Source: Oscillospiraceae bacterium (GTDB lineage: Bacteria; Bacillota; Clostridia; Oscillospirales; Ruminococcaceae). Taken from it: a DNA stretch of 64,000 bases. Location: assembly GCA_017847835.1 (NCBI GenBank), contig JAGASH010000001.1, positions 7,270-71,269 of the forward strand. Direction: 5' to 3'. The position numbers and the translations under genes were made by a program. The notes below the pieces were generated by a model that did not search any database, had not been told where the DNA came from, and saw nothing but the letters and a program-made list of their open reading frames with translations. Each line of letters starts with the position of its first letter. Positions within the stretch are counted from its first letter, which is position 1. Shown here piece by piece: positions 38,377 through 48,922 of this stretch.

Positions 38377-38395
38377 TTGAAAAGGAGAGATTGAT

Positions 38396-39328
38396 ATGGC
38401 TAACATTTACAAATCCGCTGATGAACTTATCGGAAAAACCCCGCTTCTTGAACTCACTCACATTGAAAAGGAGCTCGGACTTAACGCGAAGCTTATTGCA
38501 AAGCTTGAATATTTCAATCCCGCGGGTTCTGTCAAGGACAGAATTGCAAAAGCGATGATTGACGACGCTGAGGCAAGGGGTGTTCTCAACAAGAACTCGG
38601 TTATAATCGAGCCGACGAGCGGAAACACGGGTATCGGTCTTGCGTCCGTTGCGGCAGCGCGCGGTTATCGCATTATCATAGTAATGCCCGAAACGATGTC
38701 CGTTGAGCGCAGACAGCTTATGAAAGCTTACGGCGCAGAGCTTGTCCTCACAGAGGGCGCAAAGGGAATGAAGGGCGCGATTGCCAAGGCTGAGGAGCTT
38801 GCCAAGGAAATTCCCGGCGGCTTTATCCCGTCGCAGTTCACAAACCCCGCAAACCCCGAGGCTCACCGCAAAACCACCGGTCCCGAAATCTGGGAAGACA
38901 CCGACGGCAAGGTTGATATCTTTGTTGCGGGAGTAGGCACAGGCGGCACGATTACGGGTATAGGAGAGTATCTGAAGTCGAAAAATCCGAACGTGAAGGT
39001 TGTCGCGGTTGAGCCGAAGAGCTCTCCCGTGCTTTCCGAGGGCGTTGCGGGAGCGCACAAAATTCAGGGTATCGGCGCAGGCTTTGTTCCCGAAATCCTG
39101 AACACAAAGGTTTACGATGAAATTATTCCCATTGTAAACGAGGACGCTTTTGAAACAGGCAGACTTATCGGCAGAAAAGAGGGAATTCTTGTGGGAATTT
39201 CTGCGGGAGCGGCTGTTCACGCGGCAATTGAGCTTGCAAAACGTCCCGAAAACGCGGGCAAGAACATTGTTGTTCTGCTTCCCGACACGGGCGACAGATA
39301 CCTGTCAACACCGCTGTTTGCCGAATAA
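38396..39328 (+). CDS. cysK: Cysteine synthase A
   Basis: [33 protein letters not shown]. Confidence 0.97.
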   Translation: MANIYKSADELIGKTPLLELTHIEKELGLNAKLIAKLEYFNPAGSVKDRIAKAMIDDAEARGVLNKNSVIIEPTSGNTGIGLASVAAARGYRIIIVMPETMSVERRQLMKAYGAELVLTEGAKGMKGAIAKAEELAKEIPGGFIPSQFTNPANPEAHRKTTGPEIWEDTDGKVDIFVAGVGTGGTITGIGEYLKSKNPNVKVVAVEPKSSPVLSEGVAGAHKIQGIGAGFVPEILNTKVYDEIIPIVNEDAFETGRLIGRKEGILVGISAGAAVHAAIELAKRPENAGKNIVVLLPDTGDRYLSTPLFAE

Positions 39329-39352
39329 TTTTCACCGAAAAGGGAGAAGTTT

Positions 39353-39763
39353 ATGATAACGACGCGCGGACGATATGCTTTGAGGGTTCTCATAGACCTT
39401 GCCGAGAACAACAGCGGCAGTTACACGCCGATGAAAGAAATCGCGGCGCGTCAGGGACTTTCGCAAAAGTATCTCGAACAGATTATGCCTGTTCTTATCA
39501 AGAACAGAATTGTTGACGGAATGAGCGGAAAAGGCGGCGGCTATCGGCTTGTCCGTTCACCGGAGGAGTATGTTGTCGGGGAAATTCTCTCGCTCACCGA
39601 GGGCGGTCTTGAACCGGTTTCCTGTCTTGGGTGCAGCGCAGATAAATGCGAGCGTTCCGACGACTGCCGGACTCTCCCGATGTGGAAAAAGTACAACGAG
39701 CTTACGCAGGATTTCTTTAACGGGATAACTCTTGCCGACCTGATGAAATCCGACAAAATCTGA
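39353..39763 (+). CDS. Rrf2-family regulator (CymR/IscR-like)
   Basis: ITTRGRYALR, SQKYLEQI, GKGGGYRL, three Cys (CLGC...C...C). Confidence 0.92.
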   Translation: MITTRGRYALRVLIDLAENNSGSYTPMKEIAARQGLSQKYLEQIMPVLIKNRIVDGMSGKGGGYRLVRSPEEYVVGEILSLTEGGLEPVSCLGCSADKCERSDDCRTLPMWKKYNELTQDFFNGITLADLMKSDKI

Positions 39764-39913
39764 ATAACACGGGCGCTCTTATCGGGGAGCGCCTGTGTTA
39801 TTTTTTACAAAAAACAGAACAGTTTGCTTGACAACGGAAGTATTATTGTGGTATAATTATGTATATATGTACCATTACAGGCGATAATTTGCAGAGAAAA
39901 CGGAGATAAGAAA

Positions 39914-42343
39914 ATGACAACTGTTTTAAAGCTTGTTGCAGTAGGACTGCTTCCCGTAGCGGTCAGCGTTATATTATATATAATCGACAAACACACGGCT
40001 TTCGGAAAGATGAAGTATTACCCGAAGCAAATTGTGCTGGGACTGATTTTCGGTGTGCTGGCGGTTTGTGCGACGGAATTCGGAGTTGACATCGGCGGTG
40101 CGATAATAAACGTCCGCGACAGCGCTCCGATTTGCGCGGGACTTATCTTCGGTGCGCCCGCAGGTATAATTTCGGGTGTTATCGGCGGCGTGGAGCGCTG
40201 GTTTTCGACAATGTGGGGCGGCGGTGAGTACACAAGACTTGCCTGCACAGTCGCGACAATTCTCGCGGGACTTTTTGCGGCTGCCTGCCGAAAATATATG
40301 TTCGACAACAAAAAGCCGACGTGGTATTTCGGGCTTGCTATCGGTATGATTACCGAGGTAATCCACATGCTGATGATTTTCCTTACGAATATGTCCGATG
40401 TACACGTTGCGTTCTCGTTTGTGAAATTCTGCTCGATACCGATGATTTCTCTCAACAGCCTTTCGGTAATGCTCTCGGTGCTTTTGATTTCAATTCTCGG
40501 CAGTCAGCACAAGAAAAAGCAGCACGAGCTTAAACAAATCGCGCAGACTTTTCAGCGGTGGCTGCTGGTGTGTCTGATAATCGGATTTTTGTGTACAACC
40601 GTCTTTTCGTGGGTGCTTCAGACGCAGTTGTCCGAGAGCGACGCGGAAAACCTTGTCAGACTTAATCTCACGGACGTAAAACAGGATATTTCGGACGCTT
40701 CCGACAAGAATTTGCTTTCGATAACGCACAAGGTTGCCGATGAAATCAAAAAAACGGAAAATGTTGATAAGCAGAAGCTGATTGAACTGAGCGAGGTTTA
40801 CGATGTTTCCGAGATAAATATCGTGGATAAACGCGGAGTTATAACCGTGTCAACCTATGACGCTTTTCTGAATTACAATATGAACAGCGGTGAACAGTCG
40901 GCGCAGTTCCTTGTCCTGCTTGACGGAAAGACAACCGAGTTTGTTCAGAGCTATCAGCCTACCGCGTCAAATCCCGATATATGGAGAAAATACGCGGGAA
41001 TTTCGCTGGAAAACGGCGGGTTTGTACAGGTCGCTTATGACGCGGAACGTTTCCGTAAGGACATCGACGAGCAGGTTCTCGGAGCAGCCCGAAACCGTCA
41101 TATCGGTGAAAGCGGCTTTATTATCATTGCCGACGAGGACAGAAAAATTGTGAGCAGCCGTGCTGACGGAGAGGATATTCCGCGCGATTTTTCGGGGTTC
41201 AGCCTTAACGGAAATAGCATTCCCGAGGGACAGCGCGCCGACTGCGAAATCGGCGACAGAAAATATTTTATGATGTACACCACGACCGAGGGCTATTACA
41301 TAATCGCGTTTATGCCCGTCGATGAAGCGGTGTTCTCGCGCGATGTTTCGGTTTACGTCACGGTATTTATGGAGTTCATCATCTTCGGAATGTTGTTTGT
41401 GCTGGTTTATGTTCTAATCAAGAAGCTGGTTGTGGACAACATTGACCGCGTGAACGACTCTCTTTCGCAAATCACAAACGGCGATTTGAACGTTGTGGTT
41501 GACGTGCGCTCGAACAGCGAGTTTGCGTCGCTTTCCGACGACATAAATTCAACCGTAGTCACGCTGAAAAGATATATTGCCGAAGCAGCCGCGCGAATTG
41601 ACAAGGAGCTTGAATTTGCAAAGGCAATTCAGCATTCTGCGCTCCCGAGCGTTTTCCCGCCGTTCCCGAACAGAACGGAATTTGACATTTTCGCGTCAAT
41701 GGATACTGCGAAGGAAGTCGGCGGAGATTTCTATGATTTTTACTTTGTCGGCGAGGATAAGCTCGCGTTCCTTATAGCGGACGTTTCGGGCAAGGGAATT
41801 CCCGCGGCAATGTTTATGATGACGTCAAAAACGCTGCTGAAGAGCTTTGCGGAAACGGGAAGCGAGGTCAACGACGTGTTTACGGCGGCAAACGCGAAGC
41901 TCTGCGAAAACAACGAGGCTGCGATGTTCGTAACCGCTTGGATGGGCGTTCTTGACATTAAAACGGGGCTTGTTGAATTTGCGAATGCCGGTCATAATAT
42001 GCCGCTTGTTCGTCACAAGGACGGCAGCTTTGAGTATCTGAAATCGCGCGCGGGCTTTGTTCTTGCGGGAATGGAGGGCTTGAAGTTCCGCAAAAACGAG
42101 CTTACTCTCGGCGAGGGTGACGAGATTTTCCTGTACACCGACGGTGTGACTGAGGCTACAAATTCGCAAAACGAGCTGTACGGCGAAGAACGCTTGCTTG
42201 CCTTTATGAACACGCTTCGCGATGTGCCGCCGAGCGAAATCTGCGGATTGGTAAAGGCTGACGTGGACGCTTTTGTCGGAGAAGCGCCGCAGTTTGACGA
42301 TATCACAATGGTTTATCTGAGATTTAACGGCGACAAGCGCTGA
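39914..42343 (+). CDS. Membrane PP2C/SpoIIE-type phosphatase (LytS-like 5TM, sensor, HAMP)
   Basis: NVRD..PICAGLIFG 5TM region; EVGGDFYD, IADVSGKG, YTDGVTE, DDITM. Confidence 0.92.
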   Translation: MTTVLKLVAVGLLPVAVSVILYIIDKHTAFGKMKYYPKQIVLGLIFGVLAVCATEFGVDIGGAIINVRDSAPICAGLIFGAPAGIISGVIGGVERWFSTMWGGGEYTRLACTVATILAGLFAAACRKYMFDNKKPTWYFGLAIGMITEVIHMLMIFLTNMSDVHVAFSFVKFCSIPMISLNSLSVMLSVLLISILGSQHKKKQHELKQIAQTFQRWLLVCLIIGFLCTTVFSWVLQTQLSESDAENLVRLNLTDVKQDISDASDKNLLSITHKVADEIKKTENVDKQKLIELSEVYDVSEINIVDKRGVITVSTYDAFLNYNMNSGEQSAQFLVLLDGKTTEFVQSYQPTASNPDIWRKYAGISLENGGFVQVAYDAERFRKDIDEQVLGAARNRHIGESGFIIIADEDRKIVSSRADGEDIPRDFSGFSLNGNSIPEGQRADCEIGDRKYFMMYTTTEGYYIIAFMPVDEAVFSRDVSVYVTVFMEFIIFGMLFVLVYVLIKKLVVDNIDRVNDSLSQITNGDLNVVVDVRSNSEFASLSDDINSTVVTLKRYIAEAAARIDKELEFAKAIQHSALPSVFPPFPNRTEFDIFASMDTAKEVGGDFYDFYFVGEDKLAFLIADVSGKGIPAAMFMMTSKTLLKSFAETGSEVNDVFTAANAKLCENNEAAMFVTAWMGVLDIKTGLVEFANAGHNMPLVRHKDGSFEYLKSRAGFVLAGMEGLKFRKNELTLGEGDEIFLYTDGVTEATNSQNELYGEERLLAFMNTLRDVPPSEICGLVKADVDAFVGEAPQFDDITMVYLRFNGDKR

Positions 42344-42585
42344 AGACGCTGCACCAAAACAAAATCACCGAAAACGGCTCTGATTTACTTCAAGAATAAT
42401 CCCGTCCGAAATCAGGACGGGATTTTCCGTAGGAAATGCGGGAATATTTCCTCAAATCGCTCCTAATATTTGAATAAGTGGTTGACAAAAGCTGTGGTGT
42501 GCGGTATAATTAAAGAAGATTATTTTGTAAAAAAAGGTCGCAAACGCGGCCGTTCAGATAAAAAGCTGAAAATTTGGGGTGCAAT

Positions 42586-44061
42586 ATGGTTTTTTCGGAT
42601 TTATTTTTCCTGTATATTTTTATTCCTGCCGTGGCAATTTGCTATGCGCTGGCACGGTGCGGTGACAGAGCGAGGCTGAAAGCAGCCGAAACAGGCAGAG
42701 CTCCGCGATATGCAAACGCAAATCTCTGCCCGTACACAAACGCTGTGCTGATAGTTTTCTCGCTGATTTTTTACGCGTGGGGCGAGCCGATTTACATATT
42801 CCTTATGCTCGCAAGCGTTGTGATGAACTATTTCGTCGGCTTGTTTATCGCGCGGGGAAAGCAAAGCTCAAAGCCTGCGCTGGTTGTGGGACTTGTGCTG
42901 AATATCGCTATTATCGGTGTGTTCAAGTACGCGGATTTTCTCGTTGACACGCTCAATCTCACGGGAATAGGCATTCCAAAGCCCAACATCGCGCTCCCGA
43001 TAGGAATAAGCTTCTTCACATTCCAGTCCATTTCTTACCTGATTGACGTTTACCGCCGCGAGGTAAAGGCTCAGCGTAATTTCTTCTCGCTTTTGCTGTA
43101 TATTTCGATGTTCCCGCAGCTGATTGCAGGACCTATCGTGCGTTATTCCACAATTTCCGAGGAAATAAGCAATCGCACAATCAACTTCAACGATATCTCG
43201 GAGGGCTCTTTCCGTTTTCTTATCGGTCTTGGAAAGAAGGTTATCCTTGCAAATCAGCTTGCCGAGATTTCCTCGAAATTCCTTGACGGAAACCTTTCTT
43301 CGCTTACAACGGGCGGTGCTTGGCTTGGAATTTTCGCGTACACCTTGCAGATTTACTTCGACTTCTCGGGCTATTCGGATATGGCAATCGGAATGGGACG
43401 CTGCTTCGGCTTCCACTTTGACGAGAACTTCAATCACCCGTATATTGCCCGCACAATCACGGATTTCTGGAGGCGCTGGCACATCTCGCTGGGCAGCTTC
43501 TTCCGCGACTATGTTTACATTCCTCTAGGCGGAAACCGCAGGCATCAGCCTCTGAACATACTCATAGTGTGGTTTATGACGGGCTTGTGGCACGGCGCAA
43601 GCTGGAATTTCGTGCTCTGGGGACTGTATTTCGGCGCGATTATAATGCTTGAAAAATACACAATCCTTAAAATCAAGGACAAAATCCCGCCGATTTTCCT
43701 GCATTTGTACAGCATTTTTGTGATTGTATTCGGCTGGGTTATTTTCTATTTCGTGGATTTCTCGCGGCTTGGAGAGTTTATACCGATACTTTTCGGCGGC
43801 GGAAAAGCAGGCGGCTGGGACGCTGTGGTTCACGGTGAGCTTATGGGCAACATCTGGCTGCTGATTGGCGCGGTGATTTGCTGCTTCCCGATTTCAAAGA
43901 TTATCGGCTATTTTTACGACAAATCTGCTTCAAGCGACAGCGCAGGAGGCGAGGTTGTCCTCACGGGACTGAAAACGATTTGCTCTCTTGCAATTCTTGT
44001 CGTAAGCACCCTGCTGCTTATCGGAAGCACCACAAACCCGTTCCTTTATCTAAGATTTTAA
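42586..44061 (+). CDS. MBOAT O-acyltransferase (AlgI/DltB family)
   Basis: LPIGISFFTFQ, FPQLIAGPIVRY, DFSGYSDMAIG, FWRRWHISL, TGLWHGA. Confidence 0.94.
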   Translation: MVFSDLFFLYIFIPAVAICYALARCGDRARLKAAETGRAPRYANANLCPYTNAVLIVFSLIFYAWGEPIYIFLMLASVVMNYFVGLFIARGKQSSKPALVVGLVLNIAIIGVFKYADFLVDTLNLTGIGIPKPNIALPIGISFFTFQSISYLIDVYRREVKAQRNFFSLLLYISMFPQLIAGPIVRYSTISEEISNRTINFNDISEGSFRFLIGLGKKVILANQLAEISSKFLDGNLSSLTTGGAWLGIFAYTLQIYFDFSGYSDMAIGMGRCFGFHFDENFNHPYIARTITDFWRRWHISLGSFFRDYVYIPLGGNRRHQPLNILIVWFMTGLWHGASWNFVLWGLYFGAIIMLEKYTILKIKDKIPPIFLHLYSIFVIVFGWVIFYFVDFSRLGEFIPILFGGGKAGGWDAVVHGELMGNIWLLIGAVICCFPISKIIGYFYDKSASSDSAGGEVVLTGLKTICSLAILVVSTLLLIGSTTNPFLYLRF

Positions 44062-44070
44062 GGTGGCAAA

Positions 44071-45552
44071 ATGAAAGAAAACAACTCAAAAAAGTATAGA
44101 GAAAAAACGCCGAAGCGTCGTAAAATTTCGAATATCGTTTATCTTTCGACGGTTTTGATAGCGTTTGAGTCAATCGGTCTTGCGCTGCTTATTTTCCCGC
44201 GCAGCACCGTCAGCATTACCGAAAAACGCGAGCTGAAGAAATTTCCCGAATTCACCCTTGACAGCTATTTCAGCGGCGAGTTCACAAAAGGGGTTTCCGA
44301 GTGGTTCAGCGATACCGTGCCTTTCCGCGATGAATTGACGAATGCGGCAACGGCAATCGGTGAGCTTAACGGCTTCAGAGTAGGCGGAATTCGTCTGCAC
44401 GGCGTCGAATCGCTTCCCACGGAAAGCTCCGATACGAGCACGAGTTCCTCGGAAAGCACAAGCTCAACGGAAAGCTCCTCGTCAAGCTCCTCGTCAACGT
44501 CAAGTTCATCATCGTCAAGCTCCGAGAGCACTCACGAGAGCACAAGTTCTTCAAGCGAGCAGAAAAAGGACGACCCTAATATTCAGGACCACCTCAACAT
44601 CACAAATAACGGAATTGCCGTTGTCGGCGACCGCGCGCTTATGATGTACGGCGGAAGCTATTCTGTCGGCGAGAGATACGCAAAGGTGATGAACAAGTAC
44701 AAGCAGGCTATGCCTAACGTCAACGTGTACAGTATGATAATTCCGACGTCCTGCGAGTTTTATTCACCGTCCGAGCTTAACGGCTATCACGCAAGCGAGC
44801 TTGACAACATAAACCACGTCAACAGCTTCCTTCAGGGTGTAATTCCCGTTGACGCTTATTCGGCTCTTGCCGCGCACACAAGCGAGGATATTTACCTGCG
44901 CACCGACCACCATTGGGCGCCTCTCGGAGCATACTATGCGGCTCAGCAGTTTGCAAAGACCGCGGGAGTGCCGTTCAAGGATATTTCGGAGTACAGTCAG
45001 GAGGTTGTTCACGGCTTTGTCGGCACGATGTACGGATACAGCGGTGATATCGTCCTCAAAAACAACCCCGAAGACTTCGTGTATTACGTTCCCACAACGG
45101 TTGAATACACGACAACCTACTATGAATACGAGCTCAGCGGCGGAAGTATTGTCGGCGCAAGACCTGAGTTTGACGGCAAATTCTTCGTGAGATACAGCGA
45201 CGGCAGCGGTATGGCTTATTGCACGTTTATGGGCGGCGACTCGCAGATTGTCAAGGTCAAGACAAACGCGGGCACGGGCAGAAGGCTTGCAATTCTGAAG
45301 GACAGCTATGGAAACGCGCTTCCCGGTTATCTGTTTGGCTCGTTTGATGAGATTATCGTTATCGATATGCGCTATTTCACGCACAATGTTGTTGATTTCC
45401 TCACGGAAAACGGCACGACTGATATTCTCTTTGCAAACAACGCTTTCCACGCAGCAACCGCTTCTACCGTGACTTATTACGAAACCTTCCTCACTCAGAA
45501 GGATTGGGGCTATTGGCAGACGAAAAAGCCCGAAGCGGACGCAGCTCAATAA
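44071..45552 (+). CDS. AlgJ/AlgX-like (DHHW) SGNH acetylation protein with Ser-rich linker
   Basis: YLRTDHHW, KDSYGN; poly-Ser linker at about 44425-44555. Confidence 0.88.
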   Translation: MKENNSKKYREKTPKRRKISNIVYLSTVLIAFESIGLALLIFPRSTVSITEKRELKKFPEFTLDSYFSGEFTKGVSEWFSDTVPFRDELTNAATAIGELNGFRVGGIRLHGVESLPTESSDTSTSSSESTSSTESSSSSSSSTSSSSSSSSESTHESTSSSSEQKKDDPNIQDHLNITNNGIAVVGDRALMMYGGSYSVGERYAKVMNKYKQAMPNVNVYSMIIPTSCEFYSPSELNGYHASELDNINHVNSFLQGVIPVDAYSALAAHTSEDIYLRTDHHWAPLGAYYAAQQFAKTAGVPFKDISEYSQEVVHGFVGTMYGYSGDIVLKNNPEDFVYYVPTTVEYTTTYYEYELSGGSIVGARPEFDGKFFVRYSDGSGMAYCTFMGGDSQIVKVKTNAGTGRRLAILKDSYGNALPGYLFGSFDEIIVIDMRYFTHNVVDFLTENGTTDILFANNAFHAATASTVTYYETFLTQKDWGYWQTKKPEADAAQ

Positions 45553-45689
45553 TCAACTTTATAAACATTATGCCCTCGGAGGTCAAACTCGGAGGGCAGT
45601 TTGTTTAAAAAATACAAATTTATGTGAAAGCAATTCCGAAAAAATACATCTTAATGAGTAGAAAAGCTTTTCTGAAACGGAGGTGTACA

Positions 45690-46244
45690 ATGGACGACGG
45701 GAAAATAATCGGGCTGTTTTTTGACAGAAACGAGGCGGCAATCTCCGAAACCGAGAAAAAATACGGCAGACTTTGTCTGAGCGTTGCAAACAGAATACTC
45801 GACAGCACCGAGGACAGCGAGGAGTGCGTAAACGACGCATTTCTGAAGCTCTGGGACTCAATCCCGCCGACAAAGCCCGTGAGCCTGAAAGGTTTCGTGT
45901 GCAAAATAACGCGAAATCTCGCTCTTATGCGGGTGCGTTATAACAACAGTCAAAAGCGCTCGGCGGAGCTTACGGTATCGCTGAATGAGCTTGAAGAAAT
46001 CCTGCCCGACAACCGTATAAGTTCAGATGTCGGCGACGAGGAAATCGGAAAAGCAATCGACGCGTTTCTCAGAAAGCAAAGTGCGATTGTCCGCAAGGTT
46101 TTCGTGCTGAAATATGTATATTTCTACACGCAGAAGGATATCGCAAAGCATTTTTCGTTCACCGAGGACAAAGTAAATTCAATGCTTTTCAGAACACGGA
46201 AAAAACTGCGGGAATATCTCATTAAGGAGGGAATTGAAGTATGA
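45690..46244 (+). CDS. ECF sigma-70 factor
   Basis: DSEECVNDAFLKLW, region 4 YTQKDIAKHF...LFRTRKKLR; GGAGGTG RBS. Confidence 0.92.
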   Translation: MDDGKIIGLFFDRNEAAISETEKKYGRLCLSVANRILDSTEDSEECVNDAFLKLWDSIPPTKPVSLKGFVCKITRNLALMRVRYNNSQKRSAELTVSLNELEEILPDNRISSDVGDEEIGKAIDAFLRKQSAIVRKVFVLKYVYFYTQKDIAKHFSFTEDKVNSMLFRTRKKLREYLIKEGIEV

Positions 46245-47503
46245 AAGACAGCAGAATTTCAAAGGCTCTGGGCTATATCGGCGATGATATCAGCCGCGAA
46301 GCCATAGAAGAATTTGACAAAAAATCGGTAAAAATTTACAGCACCGTTCCCGAGGAAAAGCCGAGGGTTATCCGCGATGAAAAGTCGCACAAAGCGCCGT
46401 TTATGATAGCTCTCGCAGGACTTTGCGCGGCTGCGATTGCGGCTCCGCTGGTGCTGAAAAACGTGGGAAACAGCCCGATTATTTTGGGAGCTGCGGCTTC
46501 GCCCGATAATTCTTACGCCGAGTCGGTCGAAAGTGCCCTTGACCTCGGGAAAAGTATCGCGGCAAATGTTGTCAAGCTGAGGGTTTCGATGGACGGCGAC
46601 GAGGTTTCGGCAGTGCGCGATGATGAAAACCCGAACGTAAGATTTTTCACCGTCAAGTTTGACAAGACATTTAACAACAGGTTCGGAATTATTGCAGGCA
46701 AGGACGGAACAATTGAGCTTTTCGAGGGTGACAGCGTTTCCGAGGAGAAAATCATCGAAAATCTGCCCGACGACAAGTTTGGATTTATATGGACTTTTGA
46801 AGACGGCGGTAATCAGACAAAATGCTCCGAAACCTCTAACACTCGGCTTTATCACAATACATCGATTGTAAGTGAAAAAGACGGACTTGTTACCACGCAG
46901 TTCTGGCTGGCTGAACGAAGCGATATTAAGGACGTTTTGAATATGCTTTCTGCACAGGGCGGCTCGATTGAAATTATCGACAACGGTGACGGAACATACG
47001 AGTCATATATTGGTTTGACCGACGACACAGGAATTTCCGTAAATGTCAAGGAAGTGAAAATAACCCTGACCGATGACAAGCAGCTTTCAGTCCGCGATGA
47101 TGAAAACCCGAACGCAAGGATTTTCACAATAAATTTGGATAAGTCAAAGGCAAAGGTACAAGCGTTTGTGATAAACAAGGACGGCACATATAAAACGTTT
47201 TCGGGCGATGATATTACCAAGGAAGATATTCTGAGAGAATGTCCCGAAGGTGTGAGCGGAGTTATGTGGTCGAGTTATACTAAAACGGAATCGGCTTTGT
47301 TTGACGGTGAAGGTTCAAATCCTGCTTTCAATGGCACGTTTGAATATAAAGGAAACGATTTGTGGAGCTATGAGTACTGGTATTCTGATGATGAAGAGGT
47401 TAAGCGTGCGTGTTGGGATTACGGATTTGACGAAAGCGGCTATCCGCTTCGCTTGAAAGACAACGGCGACGGCACATACACGGTTTATCCGGACGTTCCA
47501 TAA
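46241..47503 (+). CDS. Putative anti-sigma factor with two ~159-aa extracellular repeats
   Basis: N-terminus ISKALGYIGDD, single TM; repeats begin VRDDENPN and end DNGDGTY. Confidence 0.75.
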   Translation: MKDSRISKALGYIGDDISREAIEEFDKKSVKIYSTVPEEKPRVIRDEKSHKAPFMIALAGLCAAAIAAPLVLKNVGNSPIILGAAASPDNSYAESVESALDLGKSIAANVVKLRVSMDGDEVSAVRDDENPNVRFFTVKFDKTFNNRFGIIAGKDGTIELFEGDSVSEEKIIENLPDDKFGFIWTFEDGGNQTKCSETSNTRLYHNTSIVSEKDGLVTTQFWLAERSDIKDVLNMLSAQGGSIEIIDNGDGTYESYIGLTDDTGISVNVKEVKITLTDDKQLSVRDDENPNARIFTINLDKSKAKVQAFVINKDGTYKTFSGDDITKEDILRECPEGVSGVMWSSYTKTESALFDGEGSNPAFNGTFEYKGNDLWSYEYWYSDDEEVKRACWDYGFDESGYPLRLKDNGDGTYTVYPDVP

Positions 47504-47700
47504 GGCAAAATCAAGCGTTCCCACAACATTTTCATAATCGCTTACAACAACGCAATTCTCCCAATCGGAGCGCTTGAATAAAGCACGGCGGGCTTAACGG
47601 TCCGCCGTTTTTTGCGCAAATTACGGATTTTTTAAAAAAATTTTCGGTTACTACTGTACAGCCGCAGAAAAATGTGTTATAATTAAGTTATAAACCAAAA

Positions 47701-47774
47701 GAGGGAAGACTTGACGCGACAACCGCCCGGTCTTTGAAATGACAAGTTTTTCGGATATACCGGTAATTGAGTGA
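47701..47774 (+). pseudogene. Internally deleted STAS anti-sigma antagonist remnant
   Basis: EGRLDATTA joined out of frame to VFEMTSFSDIPVIE*, immediately upstream of the RsbW-like gene. Confidence 0.65.
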
Positions 47775-47839
47775 ATAATCGGACAAAGCCTCACGTCTGA
47801 TTTCAGCCGTTGAGGATTACTGTAAATGGTGGTGTGAAT

Positions 47840-48247
47840 ATGACCGAGAAAAATTATCCTGCGGACGACAGCGCATTGGACGACGTTCTTGCATTTGTTG
47901 AAGAGGAGCTTGAAAAGGCTGATTGTCCGATGAAAACCGTTATGGCGATTACGGTTGCCATTGAAGAGGTTTTTGTGAATGTGTCGCATTATGCTTATCC
48001 GAACGGTTCGGGAGAAGCAAGCCTTTCCATTGATTTTGACAGCGAAAGCCGCCTTATGACATTTGTTCTGAAAGACAGCGGAATACCGTTTAATCCGCTT
48101 GCAAAGCCCGACCCCGACATCACCCTGTCAGCCGAGGAAAGGCAGATTGGCGGTCTTGGGATTTATATGATGAAAAAGACAATGGACGAGGTAAGCTACG
48201 CCTATAAAGACGAAAAGAATATTCTCACAATGAAAAAAACAATATAA
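47840..48247 (+). CDS. RsbW/SpoIIAB-like anti-sigma Ser kinase (HATPase_c)
   Basis: AIEEVFVNVSHYAY, DSGIPFNP, IGGLGIYMM. Confidence 0.92.
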   Translation: MTEKNYPADDSALDDVLAFVEEELEKADCPMKTVMAITVAIEEVFVNVSHYAYPNGSGEASLSIDFDSESRLMTFVLKDSGIPFNPLAKPDPDITLSAEERQIGGLGIYMMKKTMDEVSYAYKDEKNILTMKKTI

Positions 48248-48300
48248 TGCGAAACTCCCGACGAGCAAAAACTGTCGGGAGTTTTTCTGTGAAATTGAGA

Positions 48301-48795
48301 TTAATTCACGCTGCCATAAAAATCGAGAACGCTTTTCAGATTTTCCTCGCTTACATAATTTTCGTCATTCTGAAGAAGATACAGCATTCTTTCGTCCTGC
48401 TCGGAGCGCTGCTGCTGACCGGAAAGGCCTTTCGTGAGCGCCGAGATAAGCAGCTTATCCAGACCTTTGAGCTTGCTGTGGTTAATGCCGCCCTGAAGTG
48501 TGAAAATCGGGATATTTTCGGGGATTGCTGTTGCTTTGCGGGTTTCTTCGAGCAGCGTTCCCGTATCGCAAAGTCCCACTCCACAGACCGCGCACACCGA
48601 AAAACGCTTTGCTGCGCGTGAAAATCCCTTTATTTTGTTCGCGTGTATCCACCCGAGATAGATAATCTCGCTTCCTGCGGGAATATTCGCTTCTTTGAGA
48701 GAAAAGACGGGAAGAGCGGTTTTCTCGCCGAGCATTTTCGCATACTGCTCGGTGTGTCCTGTTGCTGATGTGTAAACGATTGCTGTCAGTTTCAT
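48301..48795 (-). CDS. Flavodoxin-like protein
   Basis: IVYTSATGHTEQYA. Confidence 0.75.
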   Translation of the reverse strand: MKLTAIVYTSATGHTEQYAKMLGEKTALPVFSLKEANIPAGSEIIYLGWIHANKIKGFSRAAKRFSVCAVCGVGLCDTGTLLEETRKATAIPENIPIFTLQGGINHSKLKGLDKLLISALTKGLSGQQQRSEQDERMLYLLQNDENYVSEENLKSVLDFYGSVN

Positions 48796-48922
48796 TTTCT
48801 TCTCCTTTAAAATAATGCCCTTGATACTTGTTATTATAGTTTATTTCGTCGGTTTTGTCAAGCGTTTTCGGGGTATTAATTTCTTGCAAAATCACTTGAC
48901 AGAAGCGGGAAAATGATTTATA

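Noticed and set aside
38360-39220. Long antisense ORFs (286 aa over cysK; likewise 261 aa at 44764, 251 aa at 48482, 230 aa at 15352)
   Set aside because: Shadow frames of well-supported genes on the other strand, with no independent motifs.
44425-44555. Low-complexity agctcctcgtca-type repeats
   Set aside because: They encode the poly-Ser linker of the AlgJ-like protein; not a separate element.
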